A stretch of DNA of 64,000 nucleotides from Candidatus Bipolaricaulota bacterium. Lineage in GTDB: Bacteria; Bipolaricaulota; Bipolaricaulia; UBA7950; UBA9294. Below the pieces are notes generated by a model. That model was given only the letters and a program-made list of their open reading frames with translations, ran no database searches and was not told the origin of the DNA. The DNA lies in assembly GCA_028277345.1 (NCBI GenBank), contig JANQGM010000006.1, forward strand, positions 110,535 to 174,534. The letters are read 5' to 3'. Positions 55,048-64,000 of this stretch are shown here, piece after piece (position 1 is the first letter of the stretch; each line of letters opens with the position of its first letter). Both the position numbers and the translations under genes were made by a program.

Positions 55048-56085
55048 ATGAGACGTTTCAAGCTGTGGAAATCAGCTTCCGATATCGATGCCGTTCTACG
55101 CGCGCGTATCCGTCAAGCCTATCAAGACGTTCCCCTCTATCAGCGCCTTGGGGAGATGTTTCGGATTCAACCGGAATCGATCCGAACTGTGTACGATCTT
55201 TCGACCCTTCCCATCATTTCGAAGACCGACCTGGTCCGCGATACCCCGGAAGATCATCTGCATCCCAACGCGCTGACTCGCAAAACGCAGGTCAGGGTCA
55301 CCAGCGGAACAACGGGATGGGAAGTCGATACCCATATGACCCGAGCCGAACTGAATTTCCGCCGCTACATTTTCCTGCGCCGAATATGGTTCAGCGCCGG
55401 AAGACCCTTCCCCATGAAGCTGGCCCAAGCCGGATCCTGGATCGAACCGGGTCCCCAAGGCGAGGTTCGCCACACGGGAACGTGGCCGCTTCACGTTGTC
55501 CACATTTCCCGGCGGCTGTCTCCCAAGCAACAGGCAGCCGTCCTCGCTGCAGAACGTGCAACCGTGATCATCGGGTGTCCAAGCGCGCTCGATGTCATCG
55601 CCGCCGAGCTGCCTGATCTCGATGTACGTTGGCATCGGCCGAGACTCATCATCACACGAGGCGAGATTCTGCGGCCACAGATGAAACGAAACCTTGAACA
55701 CGCCTTTCGTTCCAGTGTTCTCGATTTCTACAGCGCGGAGGAAACAGGACTCATTGCTTGGCAGTGCCCGGAGAACCCAGACATCATGCATGTTGAGCAG
55801 GACGCCTGCATCGTGGAGATCGTCGACCCTTCGGGGGTGCCCGTGCCTGCTGGAACTCCCGGGGATATCGTTGTCACGAATCTGTTCAATCGAACCATGC
55901 CACTGATTCGATACCGAATTGGAGATCAGTCGGAAGTCGCTTCAAAATCGGACTTCACGTGTACCTGCTCCCGCATCGGGACAAGCATCCGCGCTCCGTT
56001 CGGTCGTCCGGATGATTTCATCATCCTGCCCGACGGAGAACGCATTTCGCCCACAATTGATACAGTAGGACTAACAGCAGTCCCT
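55048..56085 (+). pseudogene. 3'-truncated adenylate-forming enzyme (phenylacetate-CoA ligase / F390 synthetase-like)
   Basis: VTSGTTG AMP motif, YSAEETG, NLFNRTMPLIRYRIGD, GRPDDFIILPDGERISP. Similarity stops about aa 335. The ORF then reads through the tRNA-Ile terminator and gene, and the C-terminal subdomain is missing. Confidence 0.6.
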
Positions 56086-56114
56086 CAAAGAAAAAACCCG
56101 AGCAAGGGCTCGGG
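56086..56114 (-). terminator. rho-independent terminator of tRNA-Ile
   Basis: Minus strand CCCGAGC-CCTT-GCTCGGG, followed by TTTTTTCTTT. Begins 6 nt after the tRNA 3' end. Confidence 0.75.
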
Positions 56115-56120
56115 TGTCTT

Positions 56121-56194
56121 TGGGCCTGCCTGGATTCGAACCAGGGACCTCCCGCTTATCAGGCGAGCGCTCTAACCAGCTGAGCTACAGACCC
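56121..56194 (-). tRNA. tRNA-Ile (anticodon GAU), CCA not encoded
   Basis: Hand-folded: acceptor GGGTCTG/CAGGCCC, D arm GCTC-AGCTGGTTA-GAGC, anticodon loop CTGATAA, T arm CCTGG-TTCGAAT-CCAGG. Confidence 0.95.
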
Positions 56195-56272
56195 GGAATT
56201 GGCGACAAGTCTAGCCTGCGCCATTCGGACTGTCAAGGGAAAACCGGAACCCAATGCAGATCCAGGCCGCGA

Positions 56273-57340
56273 TTACTCTTCCAATGCCTCTTCCGCCGCC
56301 TTGGCGCGAAGCGCATCCGTCAAGGCATCGAAGTTGCCCTCAAGCACGCCCGAAAGGTCGTACAGCGACAGACCAATGCGGTGATCGGTCACGCGATTCT
56401 GCGGGAAATTGTAGGTGCGGATCTTCTCGGAGCGATCGCCGGAGCCGATATGGCTTCGCCGGGTGGCCGAAAGCTCGGCCTGTTTCTCTTGCTCCATCCG
56501 ATCGTGGAGCCGCGTCCGCAGGACACGCATGGCTTGGGCGCGGTTCTTGAGCTGCGATTTCTCGTCTTGACAACTGACGACAATTCCGGTGGGAACGTGC
56601 GTGATGCGAACGGCGGAATCGGTCGTATTGACGGACTGCCCTCCGGGCCCGGAGGAGCGGAAGGTATCGATGCGCAGATCGTTGGGATCGATGTCGATTT
56701 CCACTTCTTCGGCTTCGGGCATGACAACCACGGAGGCCGTCGAGGTGTGGATTCGCCCCTGCGATTCGGTTTCCGGAACCCGCTGCACCCGATGCACGCC
56801 GGATTCGTAACGAAACGCCCCATACGCCGCCTTGCCTCCAACGGAGAATGTCAGCTGGCGGAAGCCACCCAATGGCGTGGGATGAGAATCAAGCAACTCG
56901 ATCTTCATCTTGTGTTTCTCCGCGAACCGTGAATACATGCGAAGCAGATCGGCCGCGAACAACGTGGACTCATCGCCACCTGTTCCGGCTCGGATTTCGA
57001 CGATTGCCGTCTTTTCGTCATTGGGATCCGGAGGCACGAGGTACTGCTTGAACTTCACATCCAGTTCATCGAGCTTGGCGCGGTCATCGGCCAGAGCCGC
57101 TTCAAGCTCCTCGCGAAGGTCCTCTTCCGTCTCCAACATTTCCTCTTCTTCACGGATCGACGACTGGACCTTCTCCCACTCCTCGCCGACCTCAATCAGC
57201 GTTCGCAACCACGCGTAACGCTGTGTGAGTTCGCGATAGCCCGGGCTGGTCACGACATCCGGATCGGCCATCTTCAGTTCGATCTCGGCGCGCTCGTCCC
57301 GCGCTTGCGCAAGTCGGTCGGGAATGGTTAATGGAGACAT
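56273..57340 (-). CDS. prfA: peptide chain release factor 1
   Basis: [39 protein letters not shown] (GGQ), no internal frameshift. Start at ATG 57340 (MSPLTIP). The tripeptide reads PET. Confidence 0.9.
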   Translation of the reverse strand: MSPLTIPDRLAQARDERAEIELKMADPDVVTSPGYRELTQRYAWLRTLIEVGEEWEKVQSSIREEEEMLETEEDLREELEAALADDRAKLDELDVKFKQYLVPPDPNDEKTAIVEIRAGTGGDESTLFAADLLRMYSRFAEKHKMKIELLDSHPTPLGGFRQLTFSVGGKAAYGAFRYESGVHRVQRVPETESQGRIHTSTASVVVMPEAEEVEIDIDPNDLRIDTFRSSGPGGQSVNTTDSAVRITHVPTGIVVSCQDEKSQLKNRAQAMRVLRTRLHDRMEQEKQAELSATRRSHIGSGDRSEKIRTYNFPQNRVTDHRIGLSLYDLSGVLEGNFDALTDALRAKAAEEALEE

Positions 57341-57386
57341 GATGGGATAAACGTACGGAATGGGTGAGACGGTTTCAAGACAGCGC

Positions 57387-57641
57387 TTATGAAAGCTGCT
57401 GTCGCAGGAAACCAACTTCATCCTTGAGGCATTGGATTTGCTCCTGCTTGTCCTCAAGGCGGCAGTAGAGTTCGCCAATCATTCCGTGCGTGCCGAGAAC
57501 GGTCTCTTGCCGGACTTCGCGAAGCTGCTCGCGAAGGAAGACCACTTGCTCGGCGAGAATGCGCTCCACATCGGAAGCCCAGTCAATGCCCTCAAGAGAG
57601 GTCTCATCCAGAAGCTTTTGCACGAAATCGTTGGTTTCCAT
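57387..57641 (-). CDS. hypothetical small coiled-coil protein
   Basis: 84-aa heptad-rich ORF directly upstream of and co-oriented with prfA. No family recognised. Confidence 0.45.
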   Translation of the reverse strand: METNDFVQKLLDETSLEGIDWASDVERILAEQVVFLREQLREVRQETVLGTHGMIGELYCRLEDKQEQIQCLKDEVGFLRQQLS

Positions 57642-57833
57642 CTCATCCTGAGATTAGGAGATCCATTCCTCTCGCGATGGGACATTCGACCCGTCGCGAG
57701 GGGACGTTGCGTCGTCTCCAAGTTGCACACCGGGCGCCATCGGCCCCGCCAACGTCCATCCCAACGCGTATCCCTGTCGCGGCGAACGCAATCTCAGCAT
57801 CTAGAATCGTAGGGAGCAAGGAGATTCAACCCT

Positions 57834-58712
57834 ATGGCGAAGATCACGATTGATGAGACGGCCTGCATTCGTTGTGGGAAGTGTGTTGATGTGTGTGGGC
57901 TAGCAAGGGTCTACGAGCTATCGTCCGAGAGTTCGGTTCCCGTCAACGCGGACCACTGCTGGTTCTGCGGACAGTGTGTGGCCGGCTGTCCGACCGACGC
58001 CATCGACCACGAGGCTTTCCCCCTTGAGGATTGTCCGATCATCGATACCGCCACGCTGCCCAATCGCGACGATCTGATCGCCGCCTACCGCTTCCGCCGT
58101 TCTCAGCGCGTCTTTCATGATACCGCCATCGATCGTGAGGTCATCCGCGACCTCGTGACATTGGGACGTTGGGCGCCCACAGCCAGCAACAGCCAATCCG
58201 TGGACTGGCTTGCCTTCGACGATCCGGCGCGCATCGAGGAACTCAGCCGTGGCACGGTGCGCGAGATGACAAAGCTCATCCGATTGGCGAATAACCCGCT
58301 CGTCCGCCCCTTCCTTCCGTTGTTCATCGGCAGGGAAGGAAGCCGCCAATTGAAGCGCGCAAGCGGATCGTTCGACCGGCTTCAAGACGCCATCAATCAA
58401 GGCGAAGATCCGATTTTCTATCGTGCGCCCGTTGTCCTGATCGGGCACGGTCCCGCCGGGAATCGGTTTGGCCGCGACGATGCCGTCTATGCGACCTACA
58501 ACATGATGCTGGCCGCCGATTCCTTCAACCTCGGCACCTGTCAGATCGGATTCTTCCAAGTGATGGCCGAACGTAGTGGGCGACTCACGAAACAACTTGG
58601 GCTCCCCAAAGGCCGCGTTCCACAAATCGCGCTGGCCGTTGGCTATCCCCGTCATGACTTCCGGCGCGCACTGCCGCGCCGCAGTCCGAATCTCACCTGG
58701 AATCCGCGTTAG
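57834..58712 (+). CDS. 2x[4Fe-4S] ferredoxin domain fused to a nitroreductase family domain
   Basis: CIRCGKCVDVC and CWFCGQCVAGCP clusters. Then RRSQRVF...GRWAPTASNSQ nitroreductase signature. Confidence 0.85.
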   Translation: MAKITIDETACIRCGKCVDVCGLARVYELSSESSVPVNADHCWFCGQCVAGCPTDAIDHEAFPLEDCPIIDTATLPNRDDLIAAYRFRRSQRVFHDTAIDREVIRDLVTLGRWAPTASNSQSVDWLAFDDPARIEELSRGTVREMTKLIRLANNPLVRPFLPLFIGREGSRQLKRASGSFDRLQDAINQGEDPIFYRAPVVLIGHGPAGNRFGRDDAVYATYNMMLAADSFNLGTCQIGFFQVMAERSGRLTKQLGLPKGRVPQIALAVGYPRHDFRRALPRRSPNLTWNPR

Positions 58713-58775
58713 TCAGTCTGTTTTCGTTGTTGATCCCACTTCCACAGCCTATCCTTACATCCGTAAGGAGGCGTC

Positions 58776-59132
58776 GTGACATTCGAACAGATTCATCGCT
58801 ATCTGCTTTCGCAGCCTGGAGCGACCGAGGATCGCCCATTCATGCCGGAAATCCCCGTCTACAAGGTGGGCGGGAAGATGTTCGCTTACTCGTCGCCTGA
58901 CGATTCTCCACCGAGCATCACCATCAAACTTGATCCGATGCACGGCCAGCTTCTTCGCGCGACCTATGCCGCTGTCAGTGCCGGCTACCACATGAACAAA
59001 GAGCACTGGAACACCATTCAGCTTGATGGCACCATCCCGGATGATGAACTGCTGACGTGGATCGATGAGTCCTACATGCTGGTCTTCTCCAAGCTTCCGA
59101 AGAAGGTCCGAGCGGCCCTTCGCCAAGAGTAA
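58776..59132 (+). CDS. MmcQ/YjbR family DNA-binding protein
   Basis: YLLSQPGATEDRPF...VYKVGGKMFAY...MNKEHWNTIQLDG pattern. Confidence 0.8.
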   Translation: MTFEQIHRYLLSQPGATEDRPFMPEIPVYKVGGKMFAYSSPDDSPPSITIKLDPMHGQLLRATYAAVSAGYHMNKEHWNTIQLDGTIPDDELLTWIDESYMLVFSKLPKKVRAALRQE

Positions 59133-59155
59133 CCGGCTCACACAAGGAGAAGCCC

Positions 59156-60922
59156 ATGCCCGACACTCTCTCCATGGATATCTGGACCCTTGCCGCGAAA
59201 GGCGATGTCGAGGGCGTCAAGGCCGCGCTTGCCGATGACGGTAAAGCAGCCATGCAGCGCGCTCCGGACGGAGGCATCGCCCTTCATCATGCAGCCTATG
59301 GCGGCAGTCGAGAGATTCTTGAACTGTTGCTGCGTGCTGGGTCTGACCCCATGTTCCGTACCACCAACGGAATGACGCCTTTGCACTATGCCGCTTTTGG
59401 AGGCCAACCCGGAGCCTTCCAGCGTTTGCTCGACGAAGGTGCAGACCTGCACGCCGTCGATGATTCTCTGACAACGATGCTTCATGGCGCGGCATCCAGC
59501 GGATCTATGGAACTCGTGGAACGGTTGCTTGGCGAGGGGATTCAGCCGGATGTCGCCAACTGCTACGACGAACGCCCCGTCCATCGCGCCGCCCAGCAAG
59601 ACCGCTTGGCCGTCGTTCGCAAGCTACTCACACTCAGCGCTCAGCAGAACCCCATTGACAAGTACGGTATGACGCTCTTGCACAAAGCCGCTGTAGGTGG
59701 GGCACGTGAAACTGCGGCCTGGCTGTTGGATCGCGGCGACGATCCAGGCACGGGCGATCTGATCGGCGACACGCCATTGCATGCGGCAGCGTCACTCGGG
59801 CGCCGCCCTTACATCGATCTCTCCATCGAGTGCGAGTTATCACTGGATGCCGTGAGTAAGGAGGGGCGAACGCCGCTTCATTGCGCGGCGGTAGGAGGGC
59901 ATCTTGAGATTGTGCAACTGCTGATGGAGCAAGGGTGTCACGCCGACGCGACGGATGCATCGAAGCGCACGCCCCTTCACTTGGCCAGCGCCTTAGGGCG
60001 AAACGAGTGCGTCAGGGTACTTGCGACATCGACTGCGGGGTCGGCTGGAGAAGATGCGCATGGATGCACGCCACTCGATCTCGCCGCGCACTACGGTCGG
60101 ACGGCCGCTTGGCGTGCGCTGGCAACCGCTGAATCGACATCTCCATCGCCGGAGAACGTCCGAGAGCTTCTGAGCGCGCCCGTGCAACTTGGAGATCTGG
60201 TTGCATGGTATTTGGGCCATAGTGGGTGGGCGGTTCGAACAGCTCAGCACCTGTTCATTCTCGACTACGCTCCAGGAGAGCCGGAGGACGCCGAATCCTC
60301 GCTGCTCAATGGAAGAATCAACCCAGAGGAATGGAGCGACCTAACCGTTGTCGCCGTCATCACGCATCACCACACCGATCATTTCGATCGCCGCGTGTTG
60401 GATTGGGAGCACCCCAATCTTCGCGTGATCTATGGCTGGGATGCGCCTGAGGATCTCACGGGATTCCGTTTCGAGGGAAGGATGACCAAGCGAATCGGCA
60501 ACGTGATCGTCGCCTCGGCTCCGGCCACGGATGCCGGCAGCGCCTTCCTCATCGAGGCCGATGGGGTCAGCTTCTACCATGCCGGCGATCACGCTGCAAG
60601 CCAGGCTCCTCCTGAGCGCGATTTCTCGGATAGCGTCGCCTGGTTCGCCGAGCAGTTCGCGCCCATTCAAGCTGCCTTTCTGCCTGTCTTCGGCTGCGGA
60701 CTTCCCAGCCCTGCGACGCTTCGAGCCGGCAACGCCTTCACGATCGATCAGCTTCAACCTGAAGCGACATTTCCCATGCATATCGGATGGACCGCTCACT
60801 TCTACCGCGAGTTTGCTCAATGGGCCGATGAGATGAAGCTACGGACTCACGTTGCGGTCGCCGAGTTTCCGGGCGATCGATTCCTCCTCAGCCACGGATC
60901 GCTGGCCGAACACGGATTCTGA
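59156..60922 (+). CDS. ankyrin-repeat protein fused to a C-terminal MBL-fold hydrolase-like domain
   Basis: About 9 ankyrin units (G.TPLH.AA..G......LL..GAD). C-terminal VITHHHTDHFD, YHAGDH. Confidence 0.8.
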   Translation: MPDTLSMDIWTLAAKGDVEGVKAALADDGKAAMQRAPDGGIALHHAAYGGSREILELLLRAGSDPMFRTTNGMTPLHYAAFGGQPGAFQRLLDEGADLHAVDDSLTTMLHGAASSGSMELVERLLGEGIQPDVANCYDERPVHRAAQQDRLAVVRKLLTLSAQQNPIDKYGMTLLHKAAVGGARETAAWLLDRGDDPGTGDLIGDTPLHAAASLGRRPYIDLSIECELSLDAVSKEGRTPLHCAAVGGHLEIVQLLMEQGCHADATDASKRTPLHLASALGRNECVRVLATSTAGSAGEDAHGCTPLDLAAHYGRTAAWRALATAESTSPSPENVRELLSAPVQLGDLVAWYLGHSGWAVRTAQHLFILDYAPGEPEDAESSLLNGRINPEEWSDLTVVAVITHHHTDHFDRRVLDWEHPNLRVIYGWDAPEDLTGFRFEGRMTKRIGNVIVASAPATDAGSAFLIEADGVSFYHAGDHAASQAPPERDFSDSVAWFAEQFAPIQAAFLPVFGCGLPSPATLRAGNAFTIDQLQPEATFPMHIGWTAHFYREFAQWADEMKLRTHVAVAEFPGDRFLLSHGSLAEHGF

Positions 60923-60977
60923 TTGCCCAGTACAGGAACTGATCGCATAATGAGCGATAAGGGTGACAAGGAGACTT

Positions 60978-61625
60978 ATGAGAAGCCGCATCTATACGTT
61001 TGAGTCTGACGACATCATCGTCCATTGGGACTATGTTCGGTGCATCCACGTCGAAGCCTGTATCCGAGCGTTGCCCGCCGTCTTCGACCGCAACCGCAGG
61101 CCATGGATCGATCCCACCTTGGCCACGGCCGACGATGTCGCCGCGGCTTGCGAAGCCTGTCCGACTGGAGCGCTGCATTACGAGCGAAAAGACGGCGGCG
61201 ATGGCGAGCAAATCTCGAAGAGCAATGCCATTACCGTCTCCGCCGATGGTCCACTCTTCGTCAAGGGCGACCTTGAGATTAAGTCCGAGTCCGGCGAGCT
61301 GCTTCTAAAGGAGACGCGCGCCGCCCTCTGCCGTTGTGGCGAAACGCGCAACAAGCCGCTGTGCGACGGCAGTCACAGGGAAATCGAGTTCACAGCGGAA
61401 AGCGCCCTCACCCCAGCAGCCATGGAGCGCGATGACGGCGATACGCCGGAAGAGTGCAAGTTGACCATTCGTGTATCGGATCCAGGACCGCTGATGATCC
61501 GCGGTTCTGCGCAACTGGGCTCCGATCGCAGCGGCGATTGCGCGCACGTGCGAACGGGAGCGTTTTGCTGCTGCGGCAAATCGAAGACCAAGCCCTTCTG
61601 CGACGGCAGCCACGACCTGCCATAG
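60978..61625 (+). CDS. CDGSH iron-sulfur domain protein with an N-terminal Cys-rich domain
   Basis: Two CDGSH motifs, CRCGETRNKPLCDGSH and CCCGKSKTKPFCDGSH. N-terminal C..H.E.C...C.ACP segment. Start at ATG 60978 (AAGGAGAC upstream). Confidence 0.8.
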   Translation: MRSRIYTFESDDIIVHWDYVRCIHVEACIRALPAVFDRNRRPWIDPTLATADDVAAACEACPTGALHYERKDGGDGEQISKSNAITVSADGPLFVKGDLEIKSESGELLLKETRAALCRCGETRNKPLCDGSHREIEFTAESALTPAAMERDDGDTPEECKLTIRVSDPGPLMIRGSAQLGSDRSGDCAHVRTGAFCCCGKSKTKPFCDGSHDLP

Positions 61626-61627
61626 CC

Positions 61628-62503
61628 ATGCCTTCCGCCGCAAAGCGCCTTGAGCTGTCGACGATCGGCCGCCCCATCGACTGGTCCACCCGCACGAATC
61701 GGGCCATCGTCTATCTCTCACTTTTGGCCCTCATTGCGGGCCTGGTCGCCGCTCTGTTCCAGCGGACTCCCGTAGGGCAGTCCGTGCTGCAAGGCTTGCG
61801 TTGGGGCGCTGCCACCTTTCTCGCTTGGGCGTTGGGGCGAGAATGCGATCCCGATCGCCCAATCTCCGCGTTTTTCGCTGCAGCGGGCGCCCTAGTGTCA
61901 GCTATCGTCCTTGGATCGCCGAGCTTTCTCTTCGCGTTCTGGTTTCTGCTGGCTATGCGCTATATCAACCGATCGACCGGGCTTCCGCCGGGCATCCTGG
62001 ATTTCGGCGCGTTGTACGGCATCAAGTTTTGGCTAGGTTTTAGCGCGCACTGGACGATTCCCCTGCTCACCTTCCCAACCGTATTCTTTGGCGATATCCA
62101 GCGCTTTCCGCGTTGGGCGAGGTATGTGCTTCCGCTCATCATGCCTGTGGCCGCCGTCATTCTGGGATTCACACGTGGCTGGTCATTTGCTATTCCGCAG
62201 TGGGGATGGCTCGAGATTGTGGGACTCGTCGGAATCACGCTTCTCATGATCCCCGTGCTGGCCTCGTATCGCGTGGTGTTAAGCGTGGGAGACCGTTCCG
62301 AGCAGCCGCTCAAACCCCATCGGGTTCAATGGGCCATCGGCTGGATCAGCCTGGCCACGTTGATTCTCACCCTCACCGGAACCGCCAGCATTCAGGAACT
62401 GGCCCCCATTTGGGCGGCCTTGGCCGGCACATTCCTCGGCTGGCTTCTTCAAACCATCCGCAGTAGGACATCAAACATGGGTAGCGAAGTCCACCGCACG
62501 TAG
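61628..62503 (+). CDS. hypothetical polytopic membrane protein
   Basis: Start ATG 61628, 2 nt after the CDGSH stop. About 8 hydrophobic segments. No family recognised. Confidence 0.6.
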   Translation: MPSAAKRLELSTIGRPIDWSTRTNRAIVYLSLLALIAGLVAALFQRTPVGQSVLQGLRWGAATFLAWALGRECDPDRPISAFFAAAGALVSAIVLGSPSFLFAFWFLLAMRYINRSTGLPPGILDFGALYGIKFWLGFSAHWTIPLLTFPTVFFGDIQRFPRWARYVLPLIMPVAAVILGFTRGWSFAIPQWGWLEIVGLVGITLLMIPVLASYRVVLSVGDRSEQPLKPHRVQWAIGWISLATLILTLTGTASIQELAPIWAALAGTFLGWLLQTIRSRTSNMGSEVHRT

Positions 62504-62544
62504 CTGCTCCTCTGAGCAGCTACTGCGACGAACCGGGATGTCCC

Positions 62545-63237
62545 CTACGGGGACAGGTTCGCAGGGTATCGCCAATCGATGAACTGACGGATGCCGTTGA
62601 GAATGCCTTGGGCAATCTGCTGCTGATAGGCAGGATCGATGAGACGGGCGCGTTCCTCTGGGTTGGTGATGTATCCCGTTTCCACGGATACGGCCGGGAA
62701 AGTCGCTCGCTGCAAGTAGGATTCCTGCGAGCGTGTTCCCCGATCCCGCGCACCCGTAGCTTCCGTCACGCTGCTCTGGATCAACTCCGCAAGCACCCAT
62801 GCGTCATCATCCTGTTCTCGAGTGTCATCGATGATCGTCTCGATGCCATGTGGATCAGCATTGAAATAGGAGTTGACGTGGATCGTGACGTACACCTCCG
62901 CCCCGGCTTCTGCGGCTTGGAGAATCCGATCCTCCAGCGAGATAAAGATATCGAGCGTGCGAATTTGCTCGGCGGCAAAGTCCGGCTCTGCATCGACCAA
63001 CTCGCGGAGCATTTCCACAATGGCGAGATTGATGTCCTTCTCATAGACGTTCGGCTCGACATCCTCGGCAATCGCGCCGGGATCGCGCCCGCCATGGCCG
63101 GCATCGATGGCGATCACATAAGATGGCACCGGTTCCGACTGCGCAAGCCAGTTAAACGGATCAGCCAAGAACACGACGAATGCCGCAGCCGCCACCACCC
63201 CAACAGCAACAATCAGAACAACCCCTCGTCTAGTCAT
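62545..63237 (-). CDS. N-acetylmuramoyl-L-alanine amidase (Amidase_3)
   Basis: IDAGHGGRDPGA, VTIHVNS, VSVETGYITNPEE. Start moved to ATG 63237 (MTRRGVVLIVAVG signal anchor). Confidence 0.85.
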   Translation of the reverse strand: MTRRGVVLIVAVGVVAAAAFVVFLADPFNWLAQSEPVPSYVIAIDAGHGGRDPGAIAEDVEPNVYEKDINLAIVEMLRELVDAEPDFAAEQIRTLDIFISLEDRILQAAEAGAEVYVTIHVNSYFNADPHGIETIIDDTREQDDDAWVLAELIQSSVTEATGARDRGTRSQESYLQRATFPAVSVETGYITNPEERARLIDPAYQQQIAQGILNGIRQFIDWRYPANLSP

Positions 63238-63322
63238 GGGGCCAGGATACTCGAAATCGCCGTACGGAAAAACGATTAAACCGCGAACTCCTCTCACCAC
63301 AAAGAGCGCATAAACAAGCCTT

Positions 63323-63749
63323 ACCGCAGAGGTCGCCGAGAGACGTAGAGTAAAACCGGCACAAGTGGAAAGCACAACCTGAATAGGAGAGGTTTTCTTG
63401 GGTCCACCTGTGACGCTGTGTTTCCTCAGCAAACATCCACCGCAGAGGCCGCAAAGAGCTCGGAGATAATCAGGTAGAGAAACCAGGCGGGGGGCACATT
63501 ACTTGATAAAAAAATCTAGGTCTATTCGAATGTGCTCTTCTCCTGCATCGAAATGGATTTCTACTCTGCGCTCCTCAGCGACCTCTGCGGTAGATACCGT
63601 CGTTCAGCAGTAACTTTGCACCGAAGAGATCGCGGAGACAACCCGGGAAGGAACCCAGAAAAGCAGAAGCACATCAAGAAAGCACCTGACCTTCTTAGGC
63701 TATGCCTTTTCCCTTGCCCTGATTCGTTTTCCTCAGCGGCCTCTGCGGT
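63323..63749. repeat. cluster of four REP-like 19-nt motifs [YCTCNGCGR][CCTCTGCGG]T, two per orientation
   Basis: Minus-sense copies at 63323-63340 and 63438-63458. Plus-sense copies at 63571-63593 (CTCCTCAGCGACCTCTGCGGTAG) and 63727-63755 (TTTTCCTCAGCGGCCTCTGCGGTGAAGG). Confidence 0.6.
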
Positions 63750-63814
63750 GAAGGCTTGTAGCGGTAAACGCTTGTGACTGTTTTCTCAAACGGTTCGAGT
63801 TGTTATGCTGGGGC

Positions 63815-64000
63815 ATGAGCCATGAATCGATGACTGTCGCGCAATGCCTGCAAAAAGTGAGGGATAGCTACACCGCCTGGAAGGATCTGTTGGCGAGTGT
63901 GCCTTTTTCTCAGTACGAAGAGCCGCTTCCGGGAAGCCATTGGTCGATCAAGGACATCATCGCCCATATCACGTGGCATGAAGATCAGATGGTTGAAGTG
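63815..64000 (+). CDS. partial CDS (5' end), DinB/ClbS-like four-helix-bundle protein
   Basis: Own translation MSHESMTVAQCLQKVRDSYTAWKDLLASVPFSQYEEPLPGSHWSIKDIIAHITWHEDQMVEV. The W.IKDIIAHIT.H segment resembles DinB/ClbS-type proteins. Runs off the window. Confidence 0.5.
   Translation, partial: MSHESMTVAQCLQKVRDSYTAWKDLLASVPFSQYEEPLPGSHWSIKDIIAHITWHEDQMVEV

Noticed and set aside
43400-56100. A prophage spanning the AT-richer region.
   Set aside because: No terminase, portal, capsid, tail, lysis or replication genes are present. The content is signalling, membrane and surface proteins, so it is better described as integrative-island remnants.
55986-56175. C-terminal about 40 residues of ORF 55048..56175 (...TVGLTAVPQRKNPSKGSGVFGPAWIRTRDLPLIRRAL) as genuine coding sequence.
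   Set aside because: This stretch is the reverse complement of the tRNA-Ile terminator and of the tRNA-Ile gene, so it is read-through of a truncated gene.
63300-63780. CRISPR array.
   Set aside because: Only four short (about 19 nt) motif copies, in both orientations and at irregular spacing (about 115-160 bp). No cas genes are in the window.

Overview
64-kb bacterial chromosomal window with a GC-rich core and inserts that look AT-richer by eye (not computed). All calls rest on motif reading of the supplied ORF track plus my own hand translation and alignment; no database search was possible.

Four blocks:
(1) 1-18.6 kb is a mosaic accessory region built from recurring paralogous pieces. 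It holds two GNAT copies (one frameshifted) that bracket a terpene-cyclase-like toroid protein and a methyltransferase. It also has three MazG-like copies (one decayed), two DUF4143/COG1373 AAA+ ATPases and a PadR-DUF1048-ABC export operon. A truncated integron-type integrase sits beside cassette-like ORFs. Three copies of the coaBC promoter plus 5' end bracket two inserted gene blocks.
(2) 18.6-43.3 kb is the housekeeping core: coaBC-DUF2520-panB-panC-VOC-coaX, DUF47 and PiT, an IDH-family plus PrpD-family pair, mutY, yebC, tilS-rseP, ispF-recX-recA, a class III cyclase with a cNMP-binding protein and an MBL hydrolase, tdk, and a NitT/TauT-type ABC importer.
(3) 43.4-56.1 kb is two AT-richer islands delimited by tRNA-Glu(CUC) and tRNA-Ile(GAU). 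One carries an output-less two-component pair with membrane proteins and a TM-methyltransferase fusion. The other carries a secreted repeat protein, two DUF1566 paralogues and an adenylate-forming enzyme truncated at the tRNA-Ile terminator.
(4) 56.2-64 kb holds prfA, a ferredoxin-nitroreductase, YjbR, an ankyrin-MBL fusion, a CDGSH protein, an amidase and a REP-like repeat cluster.

No rRNA, CRISPR array, intact integrase/transposase or phage structural genes were seen.

Most interesting:
- the triplicated coaBC promoter/5' segment marking nested insertions, one of which carries only a COG1373 ATPase;
- the MazG-like plus Rx4H-protein pair;
- the integron remnant;
- the tRNA-Glu island with its displaced tRNA stub and terminator.
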